This document shows positions 13,301 through 32,106 of a stretch of DNA of 64,000 nt, in pieces. Source of the stretch: the human T2T-CHM13v2.0 reference genome, Homo sapiens; assembly GCF_009914755.1 (NCBI RefSeq), contig NC_060936.1; one strand, given 5' to 3'. The first letter of the stretch is position 1. Every line of letters starts with the position of its first letter. A program made the position numbers and the translations under genes. The notes beneath the pieces are model-generated. The model was not told the origin of the DNA and searched no databases. It worked only from the letters and a program-made list of their open reading frames with translations.

Positions 13301-14908
13301 TCTTAGCAGAAACACAGAAAACAGGTGTGGGAAATATCACCAGTTCTTAACTTGGCCTGTCTCTCTATTAAGAAGAGGGTCACAAAGTGTTCACAGATGG
13401 AGATATTCTCTTTCCAATGGGATAACAGTACTGATTTAGTTCATATGAAAAGATTTTTTACATGAAAATCATATTTTTTGGAATAAATGATGTGCAATTA
13501 TGTACATGACAAAAGAATTGATTTACAGGGGAATTTTGCCGCAGTGTTATCCAAACACTAAATTTTTTCCATATATTTAAAACATGATGCTATTTACTAA
13601 AACATGCTTTATGCACTCTCCTCCCAGGAACACATGCATTACACAAAAGAATGTATCCATTTGCCTTAAAACAAAACAACAGTAGCATTACCATTTCATT
13701 TTATTTAGCTACTAATGTCAAGAGAGCTCAATGAAAGGAAATGTTTTTTCAGAGTTGAAAAAACTCTGATTCCCCTTGAAAATAGTCATCCAAGGTCAAT
13801 AGAGATCATGTTATTCAGATTTTTAGACAAGAAACGAATGGGGGATTCAGATGACATTGTGCTTCAGTGATATGTTAGGCACATGAATTATTATAGTGGC
13901 TTGAAAGAGAAAAATTCATCTAAGAATCTTCCTAATTCCCCTTTATTCACTGACTTTCTCAGTATCATCTATCAAATATTTCAAACAAAAAGGACCACAT
14001 TGTTAAGTGACATAAAGAATAAAATTTGGCAGCACAGATTTGGCTTTTCCTCTCTTATGCAAGTATAAAGTTATGAATACAAACAAATTTAGTTTTCACT
14101 TGCTTTTCATCATCTAATCAATAAAACACATTCTACATAATCCAAAGCATACTGAAAGTAGAGATGACATTAAAAAGCTGACTATAAAACTAAATTTCAA
14201 AAGAGCTTAAAATCTAGTGCCATGAGAAGTCCAGAAGATTAGTTATTATGTTCTTTAGGCTAATTGAGTTCAAATGTTGGCTTTTATGAAATGTGCACAA
14301 GGGCCACCTCATGATTAAGTAATCTTAGCAAACGCACACACCGGTCAGAATAGTCACATCTGAACAAAAGGCACATAATACTTATATGTGGCAATACAGC
14401 AACCTCTAAGACAGCCATGTGATTAGAAATGTACACAGCAGTACTGCTGACCTAAAAAATTACATTTGTTACATGGGGAAGGTGTATATATTATTGGAAG
14501 TCATGGACTTGCCTTACAAATCTAAATTTATAAACACATCATAGATGAAATGCAAGTTTGGTCAGTAAATTGGCCATCTGTTCCAGATACTTACTTTTCT
14601 GTTTCAAGGAGAAAAACAGTCTATTCTAAATATTTTCTTAGTCAACCTCCCATTTGAGGCTCTAGTGACCAATCAATCCATCAATCATTTATGTATATCT
14701 ATCTACTTAAAACAAATATTTATTGAGGTTGTACTATGCCCCAACACTGTTCTAAACTCTGGGGTTTCAGTGGTGAATCAGAAAAGGTGCCTGTACACAT
14801 CCTAGAGAGGTAGACAAATTTAAAAAAAATCAAACAATAAATATTTCAGTATTGATAAATTGTATAAAGAAAAATAAGGCAAAGTAGAAGAACACAGAGA
14901 CTATTTTA

Positions 14909-15600
14909 TCTTATTTTATTTTTACGTATTTCAATAGTTTTGGGGGAACAGGTGGTGTTTGGTTACATGGATAAGTTCTTCAGTGGTGATTTCTGAGATT
15001 TTGGTGCACCCATTACCCAAGGAGGGTACACTGTACTCAATGTGTAGTCTTTTATCCCTCACCCACCTCACTCTTCCCCACAAGTCCCCAGAATTCATTA
15101 TATCATTCTTATGCATTTGCATCTTCATAGCTTAGCTCCCACATATAAGTGAGAACATATGATGTTTGATTTTCCATTCCTGAGTTACTTCATTTAGAAT
15201 AATGGTCTCCGACTCCATCTAGGTTGCTGAGAATGCCATTATTTCATTCCTTTTTATGGCCGAGCAGTATTCCATGGTATTCTTTATCCACTCATTGGCT
15301 GATGGGTATTTAGGTTGGTTCCATATTTTTGTGATTGCGAATTGTGCTGCTATAAACATGCATGTGCAAGTGTCCTTTTCATATAATGACTTCTTTTTCA
15401 CTAGATAGATACCCAGTAGTGGGATTGCTGGATCAAATGGTCGTTCTACTTTTAGTTCTTTAAGGAGTCTCCATACTGTTTTCGGTAGTGGTTGTACTAG
15501 TTTACATTCCCACCAGCAGTGTAGAAGTGTTCCCTTTTCACCACATCCATGCCAACATCTATTATTTTTTGATTTTTTAAAATTATGACCATTCTTGCAG
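14909..15600 (-). mobile_element. L1PB1-like 3' end, 5'-truncated, inserted into an L2 (~14680-15660)
   Basis: tttcaatagttttgggggaacaggtggtgtttggttacatggataagttc; TSD gagact(a/g)tttta (14897-14908 / 15601-15612). Confidence 0.88.
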
Positions 15601-16179
15601 GAGACTGTTTTAAATAGAGGGACCTGGGAGGGTCTTCTTAACGCGGTAGTTCACATTTGAGCAGAAGGTTCTCGTTCTCTAGTCTATTATATTTTCTTAT
15701 AATTTAAAATTGTGCACTCTTTGTGCAGTGCTGATTCTTGGCTTTCCTTTCCCCCTTCTACCGTTTTCTTTTACTAGCTTTTGCCTCTCAGAGAGCGTGA
15801 GTTAGGAGGTGAAACTCATTTATTTGTGACAATGTTGTTCCTGCTGACAGCTTTACAAAGAGTTTTGATTGAAAAGAAGGCTGAAAATAAGGGATAAAAT
15901 GAGATATTCTTGGATTCTAATGATGCACATTTTCTCTGCCACCCTGAACTCATATATCAGTAAACAATTGAGAATTGCCTAGCTTTCTGAGTGATCTCTG
16001 TTTATCATAGGCTCTGGGAATATGTCTGATGGTGATCTCTTATAATACATTAAATAATATATTTTAGTAGTCCATTGTAATTTGTTCATCTCTGAATTTG
16101 GTAGGAAGTCATCCTGATCTTTAGCAATGAATGTGTACTTTGAGATTCCCTTGAATTCATAAAAAAAGGTTAATGTATC

Positions 16180-16589
16180 CATATTAGTCTGTTTTGCATT
16201 GCTATGAAGGAATACCTGAGACTGGGTAATTTATAAGGAAAAGAGGCTTATTGGCTCATGGTTTTGCAGACTATACAGGAATCATGGCACCAGCATTTGC
16301 TTCCAGTGAGGCCTCAGGAAGCTTACAATCATAGCAGAAGGCCAAGGGCGGTGGGGGGCAGGTGTATCACATGGTGTGAGAGGGAGCAAGAGAGAGAGAG
16401 ATGGGGGAGGTCCTAAATTCTTTTTAACAATCAGTTCTCACATGAAGTCATTACTGTGGGGAGGGTACCAAGCCATTCATGAGGGATCTACCCCCATGAA
16501 CCCAACACCTCCCACCAGGCCCCATCTCCAACATTGGGGAACACATTTCAACATGAGATTTGGAGGGGTCAAACATCCAAACTATATCA
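16180..16589 (-). mobile_element. MST (MaLR) solo LTR, MSTA/B-like
   Basis: tattagtctgttttgcattgctatgaaggaatacctgagactggg...catccaaactatatca; TSD gtatc/gtacc. Confidence 0.9.
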
Positions 16590-17019
16590 GTACCTATTTT
16601 ACAAATTGTATATTTCTGCTGATATCAATTTAAATAAAATTACATTATTTCATAATTATCTGACTCATGTCAGGAATTATCACTAAATTGATGACAAAAG
16701 CTTTGGACAGTAGAACAATCTCAAAATATTGTTTCCCTAGCATAATGATGCTGTCTAGCAATAGGATAGAGGATTGTGGGAATATTTTAGTTCTGAAAAA
16801 AGTGGTTCTTTACAGTTACAAGGACAGAGAAAAACTCAATATTTCTAGAAAGGAATATAAAGATTCTTACTCTCAGAATCCCTGGAAATACAAATATAAC
16901 AAGAAATCTTGTTTCATCAAAATTCTTGTGAAGTTACTGCAGCTAAAATCAGGAGTCAAATAGGGGATTCTCTCTATACATAGCAATGGTCAAGAAAGCT
17001 TGAATAACCACAGAAAGGA

Positions 17020-18290
17020 GCCTAGAATCAAAGAAGCCCAGGGTAGGAAGGCATCTTTAAAATCACCTGGTTCTATACTTCATTAAAGGCTTGAATCATC
17101 CAGCAACTTCTCTGCCATACAATATTCAGACTCCAGTAATGGAGAACCCATTTCTTTCTAAAGCAGTGAACTCCTTTAATGGAAACCTACATAAATGGTA
17201 AAATGTCCTCCCTTGTTGAACTGAAATCTATTTTTTCTTTAACTTCCATTTCCATAACAGAAATTTAACTACACTTTGGGGGATGCTTTTTACTTTCATA
17301 AAGCATTTTGACTATGCACAAGAATTTGAACTCCAGGGGTTTTCTGGACCTATAATTTAGATTTTGGGAGGATATGGTGGGGGCAAGGCAGGAAGAAAAG
17401 AAGGTCTTAGTGTTGTGCTTCAATCCAGAAATTCCTGAAGTTCATCACCAACAGTTATTGGAGGAGTTGTTAATAAAGTAATTTTTAAATGTTCACTGTT
17501 ATTGTTTCTTGTGTACTGCTCCCTCAGCAACCTCACAAGGTGCAAGTGGGGTAGGGGATGACTGAGAAGGAAGCATTCAGCCATTCCTGGGTCTCTAGAC
17601 CCGATGCCATCAAATACTAGTAAATCTCTGTTGTAACCCCTAGCAAAGACTTTACTAGGCAGGTTTTTCCATCACTGAACAAGCTGAATATTTAGAAAGT
17701 GTTTTCTTGTGTGTCTCCCTACCCCCACCCCCATAACTTTCACCACTGAATCCTTTACTAGATAAGCAACACATAAGGGTATTTGGAGCCCTTCATGTAA
17801 TTGAATAGAGGGATAGTTTCTGATGATGGTTTTACATGACAGATGGTTTCTAGATTATCCAGGTTTTTATCAACTGGATGCTGTCTAGCATATCAAAGAC
17901 ATTTTAAAACTTTTAAATAAATATGTGCTAAGCAGGTCCAAAGAGGCTACCACTTCTGGTGATCTGGTCACTGTCCTTTTCCCAATGCAGTATAATTTTA
18001 TGAGCACTTTGTTAAAGCTGCATCTCTTTGCAAACCAGCTTGGTTAAATTTCCTATTTCATTTTCACATATCTAGTGTTCATTTTCACATATCTAGTGAT
18101 CTGTTCTTATACAGTTGATTTTTTTAACCTCAAGGAAGGATTTTATATTTATCCTTAGTAAATTTCATTCTAATGGTTTTTATCTAGTGTTATAGCCTCT
18201 GGAGATCATGCTGCATCTTGATTTTGTCATCAGTCAGTTAAGCCATTACTCCACTCCCAGGTTTGTAGCATCCACAACTTTGGAAAGTAC
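17020..18290 (-). mobile_element. Fragmented CR1/L3 LINE remnants
   Basis: Degenerate L3-like motifs (tttatccttagtaaatttcatt; ccaggtttgtagcatccacaactttg). Confidence 0.5.
18057..18098 (+). repeat. 21-bp perfect tandem duplication (ttcattttcacatatctagtg x2)
   Basis: Directly visible. Confidence 0.95.
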
Positions 18291-19719
18291 AATGTAATGG
18301 TCCTTGTCGTCCCTGGCTCTGCCTTCTTCTAACTTTTGCACTTAAGGTCAATTAAAATGCATGAATTCAAAATAGTTTTTCCTTCCAGGATCAACTCTGC
18401 TTATTAGACTGAAGGTGGGGACAGAATGAATTTAGAATCATTTTATTTTAGCACAGGAAAAACTGTATAATTGTGATTGTTGGATTCTTCAGGATTGCAT
18501 GATATAATATTTCAAATGGCCTCTAATTTCTTTAAGTCTCTTTTCAGGGAGGAAAATCCAGGTTTATATGCAAAAATGTAGCCAGCATGCATATCTGACA
18601 AAAACTCGACAAGTAGGAATGAAAGCAGTGTAGACCAAGGAAAATGGCTTGACACTGGAATAGAGAAAGGGTGAATAATCTGGAGTCAAACAAAGGTCCC
18701 AAGAGAGTGGGTGAAACTCTCCCTGAATCTTGAGTTCAAACTATATATAAAGGTTTGCAGGAAAAGAAACAGAAAAAGGCAGTGAACAGGCAGTCCTGGA
18801 GAGCCTGGACAAAGAAAAAGATTATAATAAGAGAAAGACACTTCCTTGTCATTTTATGGGAAAATGAGAAGGAAGAGGCAAAGAAGTTTGTGTGTGTGCA
18901 TGAGAGATAGGGGAGGGAGTTGGGTAGTGAGAGTTGTGGTGGAAAAACACCTGCTTTGTGCTTTTTGATTCTTTCTGGAGCTTAGCTCAACTGAATGTCT
19001 TTTTTTTTTTTCTTTCAAGAATTGACATGCTGATATAAGAGCTCAAAAACCAGCAATTTCTAATGAGGTTTGCTACATCAAATGTGATCTAGGCCAACCT
19101 TTTTTATTTAGCTGTAGTGGAAAAAACAATTCTCCAAAGGCTAATTCTTGCTGGAGGTCACACAGCCAATTTGTTTCAGAGTTGAGACTAGAGAATCCAT
19201 GTCTCCCAATCACTGGTTCAGTAGTCTTTTCTATGGAGGACTCCCTCGACTAATAGTTCAAACAACACAACATCAAATAAGCCTTGTTCTCTATCAACCT
19301 GATCTATCTTCTGCTGATAGCTGATTAAACAAACGATTATAGCAACAAATGAATGATTGTGACTCGTTTAACTATATCTGGACCTGGAGGTAGCTATTTG
19401 TTTTTATATTAGGTTTTAAAAAATGGATTTAAATATTATAATTCTATAGAAATTATAGAGAACAAGAATCAGAGCAATCACTACATAGCTCTATGAATTT
19501 GCTGCAGAGAATTAAGACATAACATATCAGATACATTTGAAGCACCCTATGTATTACTTTGTAATCTATTTCTCATACTTCTTCTTTAAATGTGTTGATT
19601 ATCATCTTCCATGAATTAGGTTGGTAAAGAAGTTGACAAGGGGCTTTATATTTTTAAAATAGAGAAAATACTGCAATATAATATTTGATTACACGAATAG
19701 GGGCTGGTACACAAATGTT

Positions 19720-20710
19720 TGTCCTTCAATTTCCATTTATGAATGGATTTGCTTCTAGGCTGTCTTTTCCATGTCATTATCATTTGTCTATTTCTGTATT
19801 AATTCCACATCATCTTAATTACTAATAGTTTCATAAGATTTGATAGCTGACAAAGCAAGTTCTCCCATATTTTCAAGCTAATTTTGGCTCCTTGTTTTTC
19901 CTCATTAATTTTAGAATATGCTTGTTAAGATCCAAAAAAAACTTTGTTGAAATATGATAATGGTTTTATACTGTAAATTGAGAGATGAATAACATCTCTA
20001 TGATATTAAGTCAAGCCATTTTGGATATGGTCTATGGTATCATTTGTTTCCATTTTTATATCCTTCAAAACTGTTCTGTATTTTTTTCCACAAATGTCTT
20101 TCACACATTTTATTAGATTTGTGCCTAGGTAATTTATAGATTTATTGTTATTATGTAGGAAGAATACTATATTTGTATAATATATATAGTATATATGTAT
20201 ACTATATATAACATATATGTTACCTGTGTACTATATATAACATATATATAACATATACACTGTATGTAATAGATGTGTATACTACAGGTATTTACAAATA
20301 CTATCAGTTTTCATGTATTAATCCTACAGCTAGGAACCTGGCTAAACTCCCTAATAGTTTGTAGTTACTTTTAGGTTTTCTATGGTTGCAACCTTGTAAA
20401 TCCCATGTAATTTCAGTTTATGTTTTCCTTTTCAACCATTATGCCTTGTATTTCTTTTTCTTACCTCATTGCATTGGCCAGGTTGCCATTATATTTTAAA
20501 TAAGAGCAGTTATGTTTTAGATAGATAATTTTTGTCAATTAAAAAATTTATCTTCCATTTATTGTTTGCTAATTTGGTTTATTTTTCAATTTTATGAGTG
20601 TGGAATTTTATCAAATATATCTTAAGCTCCTACTGAGTTAATGTTATGTTTTTTTCCCTTTAATCTGTTGTCATTAATAGTTTTCCACATATTGAAACAC
20701 TCTTATATTT
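19720..20710 (-). mobile_element. Ancient L1ME-type ORF2 fragment with TA-rich insert (20160-20290)
   Basis: cacacatttttattagatttgtgcctaggtaattt; ttacctcattgcattggccagg. Confidence 0.6.
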
Positions 20711-21549
20711 TCATTAATTTTTATTGCCCTATAAAATCTGATATTATCAGCTGAAAGTCATGCTTGCCAAGGATTTTCAAGGTTAAAAATCACTAAGTGT
20801 GAGTCTTGTCTTTAGGAATCAAGTGGTGCATCTTAATGGATGTGTATGTGCACATATGTATACACATTAATTTAGATAAACACACATACATCTAGTCACA
20901 CATAAATACATAAATATACATGCATATAAAATAAAATATAAATAATGGTGCTTATACTTTGTCCATTTTATTTCAGGACAATCACTGAAGTTTTCATTGT
21001 TGAATACTAACAACCTTTTGTAATAGCCATATATTACAATTGGTGTAGCAATGAGAACAAAATAAAGTGAAGCTCTACAGAATTTTAAATAAGCCTAAGC
21101 AGTACTACAAACAGCATTCATTTTGGCTAAACACTATGATGTCCTCTTAAGAACATTACTTAAAGATTTTAAAGCTCATTTTCTCTTTAGTAATCACGAG
21201 TTTGGAGTGAAGTGGCAATGTAGGGAATAAAAAGAACTTACTATAAATGGTATTTGAAAATTCCTTATGTGGATCCACATAGTGTTGCTAGGAAACATGG
21301 TTTCTTAGCATTTGGAAAGCTAGAAAACCAAGTTTCTTACCTCTTTTGGCCACAGAAATCTGTATCATGGATCTGATTTAAGAGAGTTTGGAGATTAGTT
21401 GGCTTCAAAATATTCGGATAAGCATAAATTATGTTTTATGACCAACCATCCCTTAAGAAATAATAACATGTTTTCAACTCATGCTCAAAAATAGGAAAAT
21501 ATACCCTGTATCATCTTTCATTACTGGGATATCACATAACTGAAATATT

Positions 21550-22360
21550 AGAATAGTGGTTAAAACTATAGTGATGATTAATTTTACATGTCAGCTTAAC
21601 TGGGCCACAGGGTGTCCTGATATTTGATCAAACATGATGGATGTTTATGTGAGGGTATTTCTGAATGAGATTAATGTTTGAATTGGTAGATTACTTAAAG
21701 CAGCCTGTCCTCCCTAATGTTTGTGCCTCATGTCATCAGCTGAAGTCCTGAATAGAACAAAAGGCTGTCCCTCTTTCTATTAGCGAGGATTCTTCCTACT
21801 TGACTACCTTTGGATTGAGACATTAGCTCTTTTCCTGCTTTCAGACTCAAACTGAAACGTTGGCTGTTTCTGGGTCCCAGGCTTGCTTACCTTAGGACAG
21901 GAACTACATCACTGGCTCTCACGGTTTTCAGGCCTTCACACTCAGGCTGGGACCAAACCATCAGCTAGCTATCCTGGGTCTCCAGCTTGCCGAGTCACCC
22001 TATAGATCTTGGGAGTTGCCTGCTTCCATAATCATGTGAGCCAATTCCTTACAATAAATCTATCTATCTGTCTGTCTACATCCTATTGTTTCTATTTCTT
22101 TGGAGAATCCTGACTAATACAAATATAAACTCTATAGCCAGATTGGTTAGGTTTGAATTACAGCTTTGTCACTTACTGCCTATGTGACTCTCAGCAAGTT
22201 ATTTAAAATCTCTGTGCCTCATTTTCCTCACCTTTAAAACAGGGAAAACAATAGCACCTGCCTAATGGAACTTTGTGAGAATTAAATGAGCTATTACATA
22301 TAAGACACTTAGTAGGACGCCTGACCATAATAAATGTTGGATAAATGTTACCTATTATTA
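21550..22360 (+). mobile_element. MIR interrupted by MLT2
   Basis: atagtggttaaaa | ctctatagccagatt...ctctgtgcctcattttcctcacctttaaaacaggg...taaatgttacctattatta. Confidence 0.8.
21570..22121 (+). mobile_element. MLT2 (ERVL) solo LTR
   Basis: gtgatgattaattttacatgtcagcttaactgggccacaggg...gagaatcctgactaataca; TSD actat/aatat. Confidence 0.88.
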
Positions 22361-25300
22361 CTGTGTGGTTGCTGTTGTCATTCTTGTATTAGAAAATGTA
22401 TTTTCAGGTGGAACTATTACAAATTTCACCATTTCTTACACTCTTAAGACTTCTTAAGCAAATAGAATTTACTCTTGCCAATATTAATCTAGAGATGGAT
22501 AGCCCAGTGAGAAATTTACATTCTCCTGCTAAATGGGTTTCCTATAACATTGCCAGAAACCCAGCAAGTTGAAAAAAATATACAGAAAAAGAAAGAAACA
22601 AATGTAGACTCTGTGGGTGAGTGGGTGCATCCATGGAATTAAAGAGAAAGGGGGACAGTTTAAATGGAACGCTGGATGTATGTCTTAAGTGCATTTGTAT
22701 CAAAAGAAGGGCATATATATGAAGGTATAAAATGTAATTTCTTCAGCTTCATAAAAACCTTCTGGGTATGAAGAGAGATTGATGAAACAAGTATCAATAT
22801 AGAAGTAAACACCATCAGAATTCAGAACTGGAAGTGAAGAACAATTCTGTATGCAAATTGAAACCACCAGAGGGAACCTAGGTAGGTGGAATATAATTAC
22901 CCAAACTGGAAAGTGCCCAGGAAGCTGGATTAATAATCTACATTTTAAAGAAGTGCCAGGCATTTTTGAAGTCAAAAATGTTCAGAAACTTTTGATTATG
23001 TTTTATAATCACAAAATATTTTGAAAGTACATTCAATGTACTAGTTGGAACCATACCAAAAATAAGAGCTCAGTGAGAAGGAAAGAGGAATGTGGTGCTT
23101 TTTATTGTTATATATATTTCATCTTTTTATAGTATTGAGGAGGCTTATATTTAAATAGAATGACAGAAATGAATTATTCCCTCTTGACGGGTGCAAAATC
23201 TTAGAGCATTATTTTTCTCTCAAAGCAAACTATAGGATTCAATTCCCCATTACAAGGAAAAATGAAAAAAGTATGATAGCGAGTTTTATTAGAGAGTGTA
23301 CTCGAAGCATTTGGAGAAATTTTAGAAAGAGATTGTCACAATAGCATCGAAATAAATCTTAGGAATGATTTCTACAGTTTGTAGGCAGAAAGCTATCTAG
23401 GTTAAACGAGTCATTTCTTCAGCCATTAGATCTGCCCTTCTGTAATAGCTGCACAGTTTTGCACAAAGGGCTATATGTTAGGGCCAGCAACCAGGAGTCT
23501 TGATTTTAAAAGAAATGATGTCGGAAGTGCTGGCTAATTAACAAAAGGCATTGGCAACATTTACGGACTTATAAGCAGTGAATAACATTGTTCTTTTCAT
23601 TTTATCATATGAAAGTGTTCACATAACTATTATCTGCTATCCTTGAATGGTGAGGTGGGAACAAGAAGACCTATACAGTATCTGCATAGGAAGTGGTGAA
23701 ATAAATGTTTACTTGTTTTAAACAGTCTCTTTTTAGAAGATCAGTGTGTTCTTTACAGTTACAGTGAGAACTGTAAGTCTGCTTGTCTGACTTTTCGTGA
23801 AATGCTCTTCCAAAATGACGACATAGACCAAGTATATATTCCTAAAACCTGTGCCAAGCAGCTTTCCTATCTTGTATTAGCATTGAGTTAACTAGCAACA
23901 TCATAAAATAGATGGAAGAATAAAGATTAACCTAATGAATCAATGAATAGGTAAATATTTTTACCACAGACAAGTCAAGGGTAAGGGTATTTATGACCCT
24001 CTATATAAGACCATCTTTCTCATCCGTGACATGGAACAGGCATAGAATGTTGGCTTTGTGTTAAGAGGGAAATTTATAGCATTAAATGCCCACATTAGAA
24101 AGCTAGAAAGATCTCAAATCGATACCCTAACATCACAATTAAAAGAGCTAGAGAAGCAAGAGTAAATTAATCCAAAAACTAGCAGAAGACAAGAAATAAC
24201 TAAGATGAGAGCAGAACTGAAGGAGATGGAAACATGAAAAACCCTCCAAAAAATCAATGAATCCAGGAGATGGTTTTTTGAAAAAATTAACAAAATAGAT
24301 AGACTGCTAACTAGACTAATAAGGAAGAAAAAAGAGAAGAATCAAATAGACACAATAAAAAATGATAAAGGGGATATCACCACTGACCCCACAGAAATAC
24401 AAGCTACTATCAGAGAATGTTATAAACAACTATATGCAAATAAACTAGAAAATCTAGAAGAAATGAATAGATTCCTGGACACATACATCCTCCCAGAAAC
24501 CAGGATGATATCGTATCCCTGAATAGACCAATAACAGTTTGAAATTGAGGCAGTAATAGCCTATCAACTAAAAAATAAAAGTCCAGGATCAGACAGATTC
24601 ACAGCTGAATTCTACCAGAAGTACAAAGAGGAGCTGGTACCAAACCTTCTGAAACTATTCCAAACAACTGAAAAGGAGGGAATCTTCCCTAACTCATTTT
24701 ACGAAGCCAGCATCATCCTGATACCAAAACCGGGCAGAGACACAACAACAACAAAAAACTTCAGGCCAACATCCCTGATGAAGATCAATGCAAAAATCCT
24801 CAATAAAATACTGGCAAACCGAATCCAGCAGCACATCAAAAAGCTTAGCCACCACGATCAAATCAGCTTCCTTCCTGGGTTGCAAGGTTGGTTCAACATA
24901 CGCAAATCAATAAATGTAATCCATCACATAAACAGAACCAATGACAAAAACCACATGATTATCTCAGTAGGTGCAGAAAAGGCCTTTGATAAAATTCAAC
25001 ATCCCTTCATGTTCAAAACTCTCAATAAACTAGGTATTGATGGAACACATCTCAAAATAATAAGAGCTATTTATGACAAACCCACAGCCAATATCATATT
25101 GAATGGGCAAAAGCTGGAAGCATTCCCTTCGAAAACTGGTACAAGACAAGGATGCCCTTTCTCACCACTCCTATTCAACATAGTATTGGAAGTTCTGGCT
25201 AGGGCAATCAGGCAAGAGAAAGAAACAAAGGGCCTTCAAATAGGAAGAGAGGAAGTCAAATTGTCTCTGTTTGCAGATGACATGACTATATACTTATAAA

Positions 25301-26247
25301 ATCCTATCATCTCACCCAAAAACTCCTTAAGCTGATAAGCAACTTCAGCAAAGTCTCAGGATACAAAATCAACGTGCAAAAATCACAAGCATTCCTATAC
25401 ACCAACAATAGACAAGCAGAGAGCCAAATAATGAATGAACTCCCATTCACAATTGCTACAAAGAAAACAAAACACCTAGGAATACAGCTAACAAGGGATG
25501 TGAAGGACCTCTTCAAGGAGAACTACACACCACTGCTCAAGGAAATAAGAGAGGACACAAACAAAAGGAAGAACATTCCATCCTCATGGATAGGAAAAAT
25601 CAATATTGTGAAAATGGCCATACTGCCCAAACTAATTTATAGATTCAATGCCATTCCCATCAAACTAACATCGACATTCTTCACAGAATTAGAAAAAACT
25701 ACTTTAAATTTCATATGGAATCAAAGAAGACCCCATATATCCAAGAAAATCCTAAGCAAAAAGAACAAAGCTGGAGTCATCATGCTACCTGACTTTGAAC
25801 TATACTACAAGGCTACAGTAACCAAAAGAGCATGGTACTGGTACCAAAACAGACACATAGACCAATGGAACAGAACAGATACCTCAGTAATAACACCACA
25901 CATCTACAACCATCTGATCTTTGACAAGCCTGACAAAAAAAAGCAATAGGGAAATGATTTCCTATTCAATAAATGGTGGTGGGAAAACTGGCTAGCCATA
26001 TGCAGAAAACTGAAATCGGAACCCTTCCTTATACCTTTTATAAAAATTAACTCAAGATGGATTAAAGACTTAAACGTAAACCCCAAAACCCTAAAAACCC
26101 TAGAAGAAAACCTAGGCAATACCATTCAGGACATAGGCATGGGCAAAGATTTCATGACAAAAACACCAAAAGCAATTGCGACAAAAGCAAAAACTGACAA
26201 ATACGATCTAATTAAAGAGCTTCTGCACAGCAAAAGAAACTACCATT

Positions 26248-26598
<351 letters not shown>

Positions 26599-27172
26599 CT
26601 ATCTAACAAAGGTCTAATATGCAAAAGTTAAAGGAACTTAAACAAATCTACAAGAAAAAAACAACCCCATCAAAAAGTGGGAAAACGATTATGAACAGAC
26701 AGTGCTCAAAAGAAGACATTTATGCAGCCAACAAACATATGAAGAAAAGCTCAACATCACTGATCATTAGAGAAATGCAAATCAAAACCACAATGAGATA
26801 CCATCTCACACCAATCAGAATGGTAATTATTATTTTTTTCTATAAGTTTTATTAATATTTGAATATAATTCACATAACATAAAATTCATCCTTTTAAAGT
26901 ATGCCATTTGGTGATTTTTTGTATATTCAGAAAGTCATGCAAGCACAACCACTATCTAATTTTTTTTTATTATACTTTAAGTTCTAGGGTACATGTGCAC
27001 AACGTGCAGGTTTGTTACATAGGTATACATGTGCCATGTTGGTGTGCTGCACTCATTAACTCATCATTTACATTAGGTATATCTCCTAATGCTATCCCTC
27101 CCCTCTCCCCCCACCCCATGACAGGCCCCGGTGTGTGATGTTCCCCACTCTGTGTCCAAGTGTTCTCATTGT

Positions 27173-31002
<3,830 letters not shown>

Positions 31003-31080
31003 TATGATGTTAGCTGGTTATTTTGCTAGTTGTTAGTTTGTTTGTTAGTTGATGCACTTTCTTCCTAGCATCGATGGTCT

Positions 31081-32106
31081 TTACAATTTGGCACATTTTT
31101 GCAGTGGCTGGTACCGGTTGTTCCTTTCCATGTTTAGTGCTTCCTTCAGGAGCTCCTGTAAAGCAGGCCTAGTGGTGACAAAGTCTCTCAGCATTTGTTT
31201 GTCTGTAAAGGATTTTATTTATCCTTCACTTATGAAGGTTAGTTTGGCTGGATATGAAATTCTGGGTTGAAAGTTCTTTTCTTTAAGAATGTTGAATATT
31301 GGCCCCCACTCTCTTCTGGCTTGTAGAGCTTCTGCTGAGAGATCCACTCTTAGTCTGATCGGCTTCCCTTTGTGGGTAACCTGCCCTTTCTCTCTGGCTG
31401 CCCTTAATATTTTTTCCTTCATTTCAATTTTGGTGAATCTGACAATTATGTGTCTTGAAGTTGCTCTTCTTGAGGAATATCTTTGTGGCATTCTCTGTAT
31501 CTCCTGAATTTGAATGTTGGCCTGCCTTGCTAGGTTGGGGAAGTTCTCCTGGATAATATCTCGCAGAGTGTTTTCCAACTTGGTTCTGTTCTCCCCGTCA
31601 CTTTCTGGTACAACAATCAGATGTAGATTTGGTCTTTTCACATAGTCCCATACTTTTTGGAGGCTTTGTTCATTTCTTTTTAATCTTTTTCCTCTAAACT
31701 TCTCTTCTCGCTTCATTTCATTCATTTGATCTTCAATCACTGATACCCTTTCTTCCACTTGATCGAATCGGCTACTGAAGCTTGTGCATGCATCATGTAG
31801 TTCTCGTGGCATGGTTTTCAGCTCCATCCGGTCATTTAAGGTCTTCTCTACACTGTTTATCCTAGTTAGCCATTCGTCTAATCTTTTTTCAAGGTTTTTA
31901 GCTTCTTTGCAAAGGGTGTGAACATCTTCCTTTAGCACAGAGAGGTTTGTTATTACTGATCATCTGAAGCCTTCTTCTCTCAACTCATCAAAGTCATTTT
32001 CCGTTCAGCTTTGTTCTGTTGCTGGCAAGGAGCTGTGTTCCTTTGGAGGAGAAGAGGTGCTCTGATTTTTAGAATTTTCAACTTTTGTGCTCTGGTTTCT
32101 CCCCAT
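31081..32106 (-). pseudogene. L1 ORF1p, disrupted
   Basis: ATG at 32106; largest open piece 31219-31938 (coiled coil, YVKRPNL, ARREWGPIF, PRISYPAKL); native stop near 31081. Confidence 0.9.
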
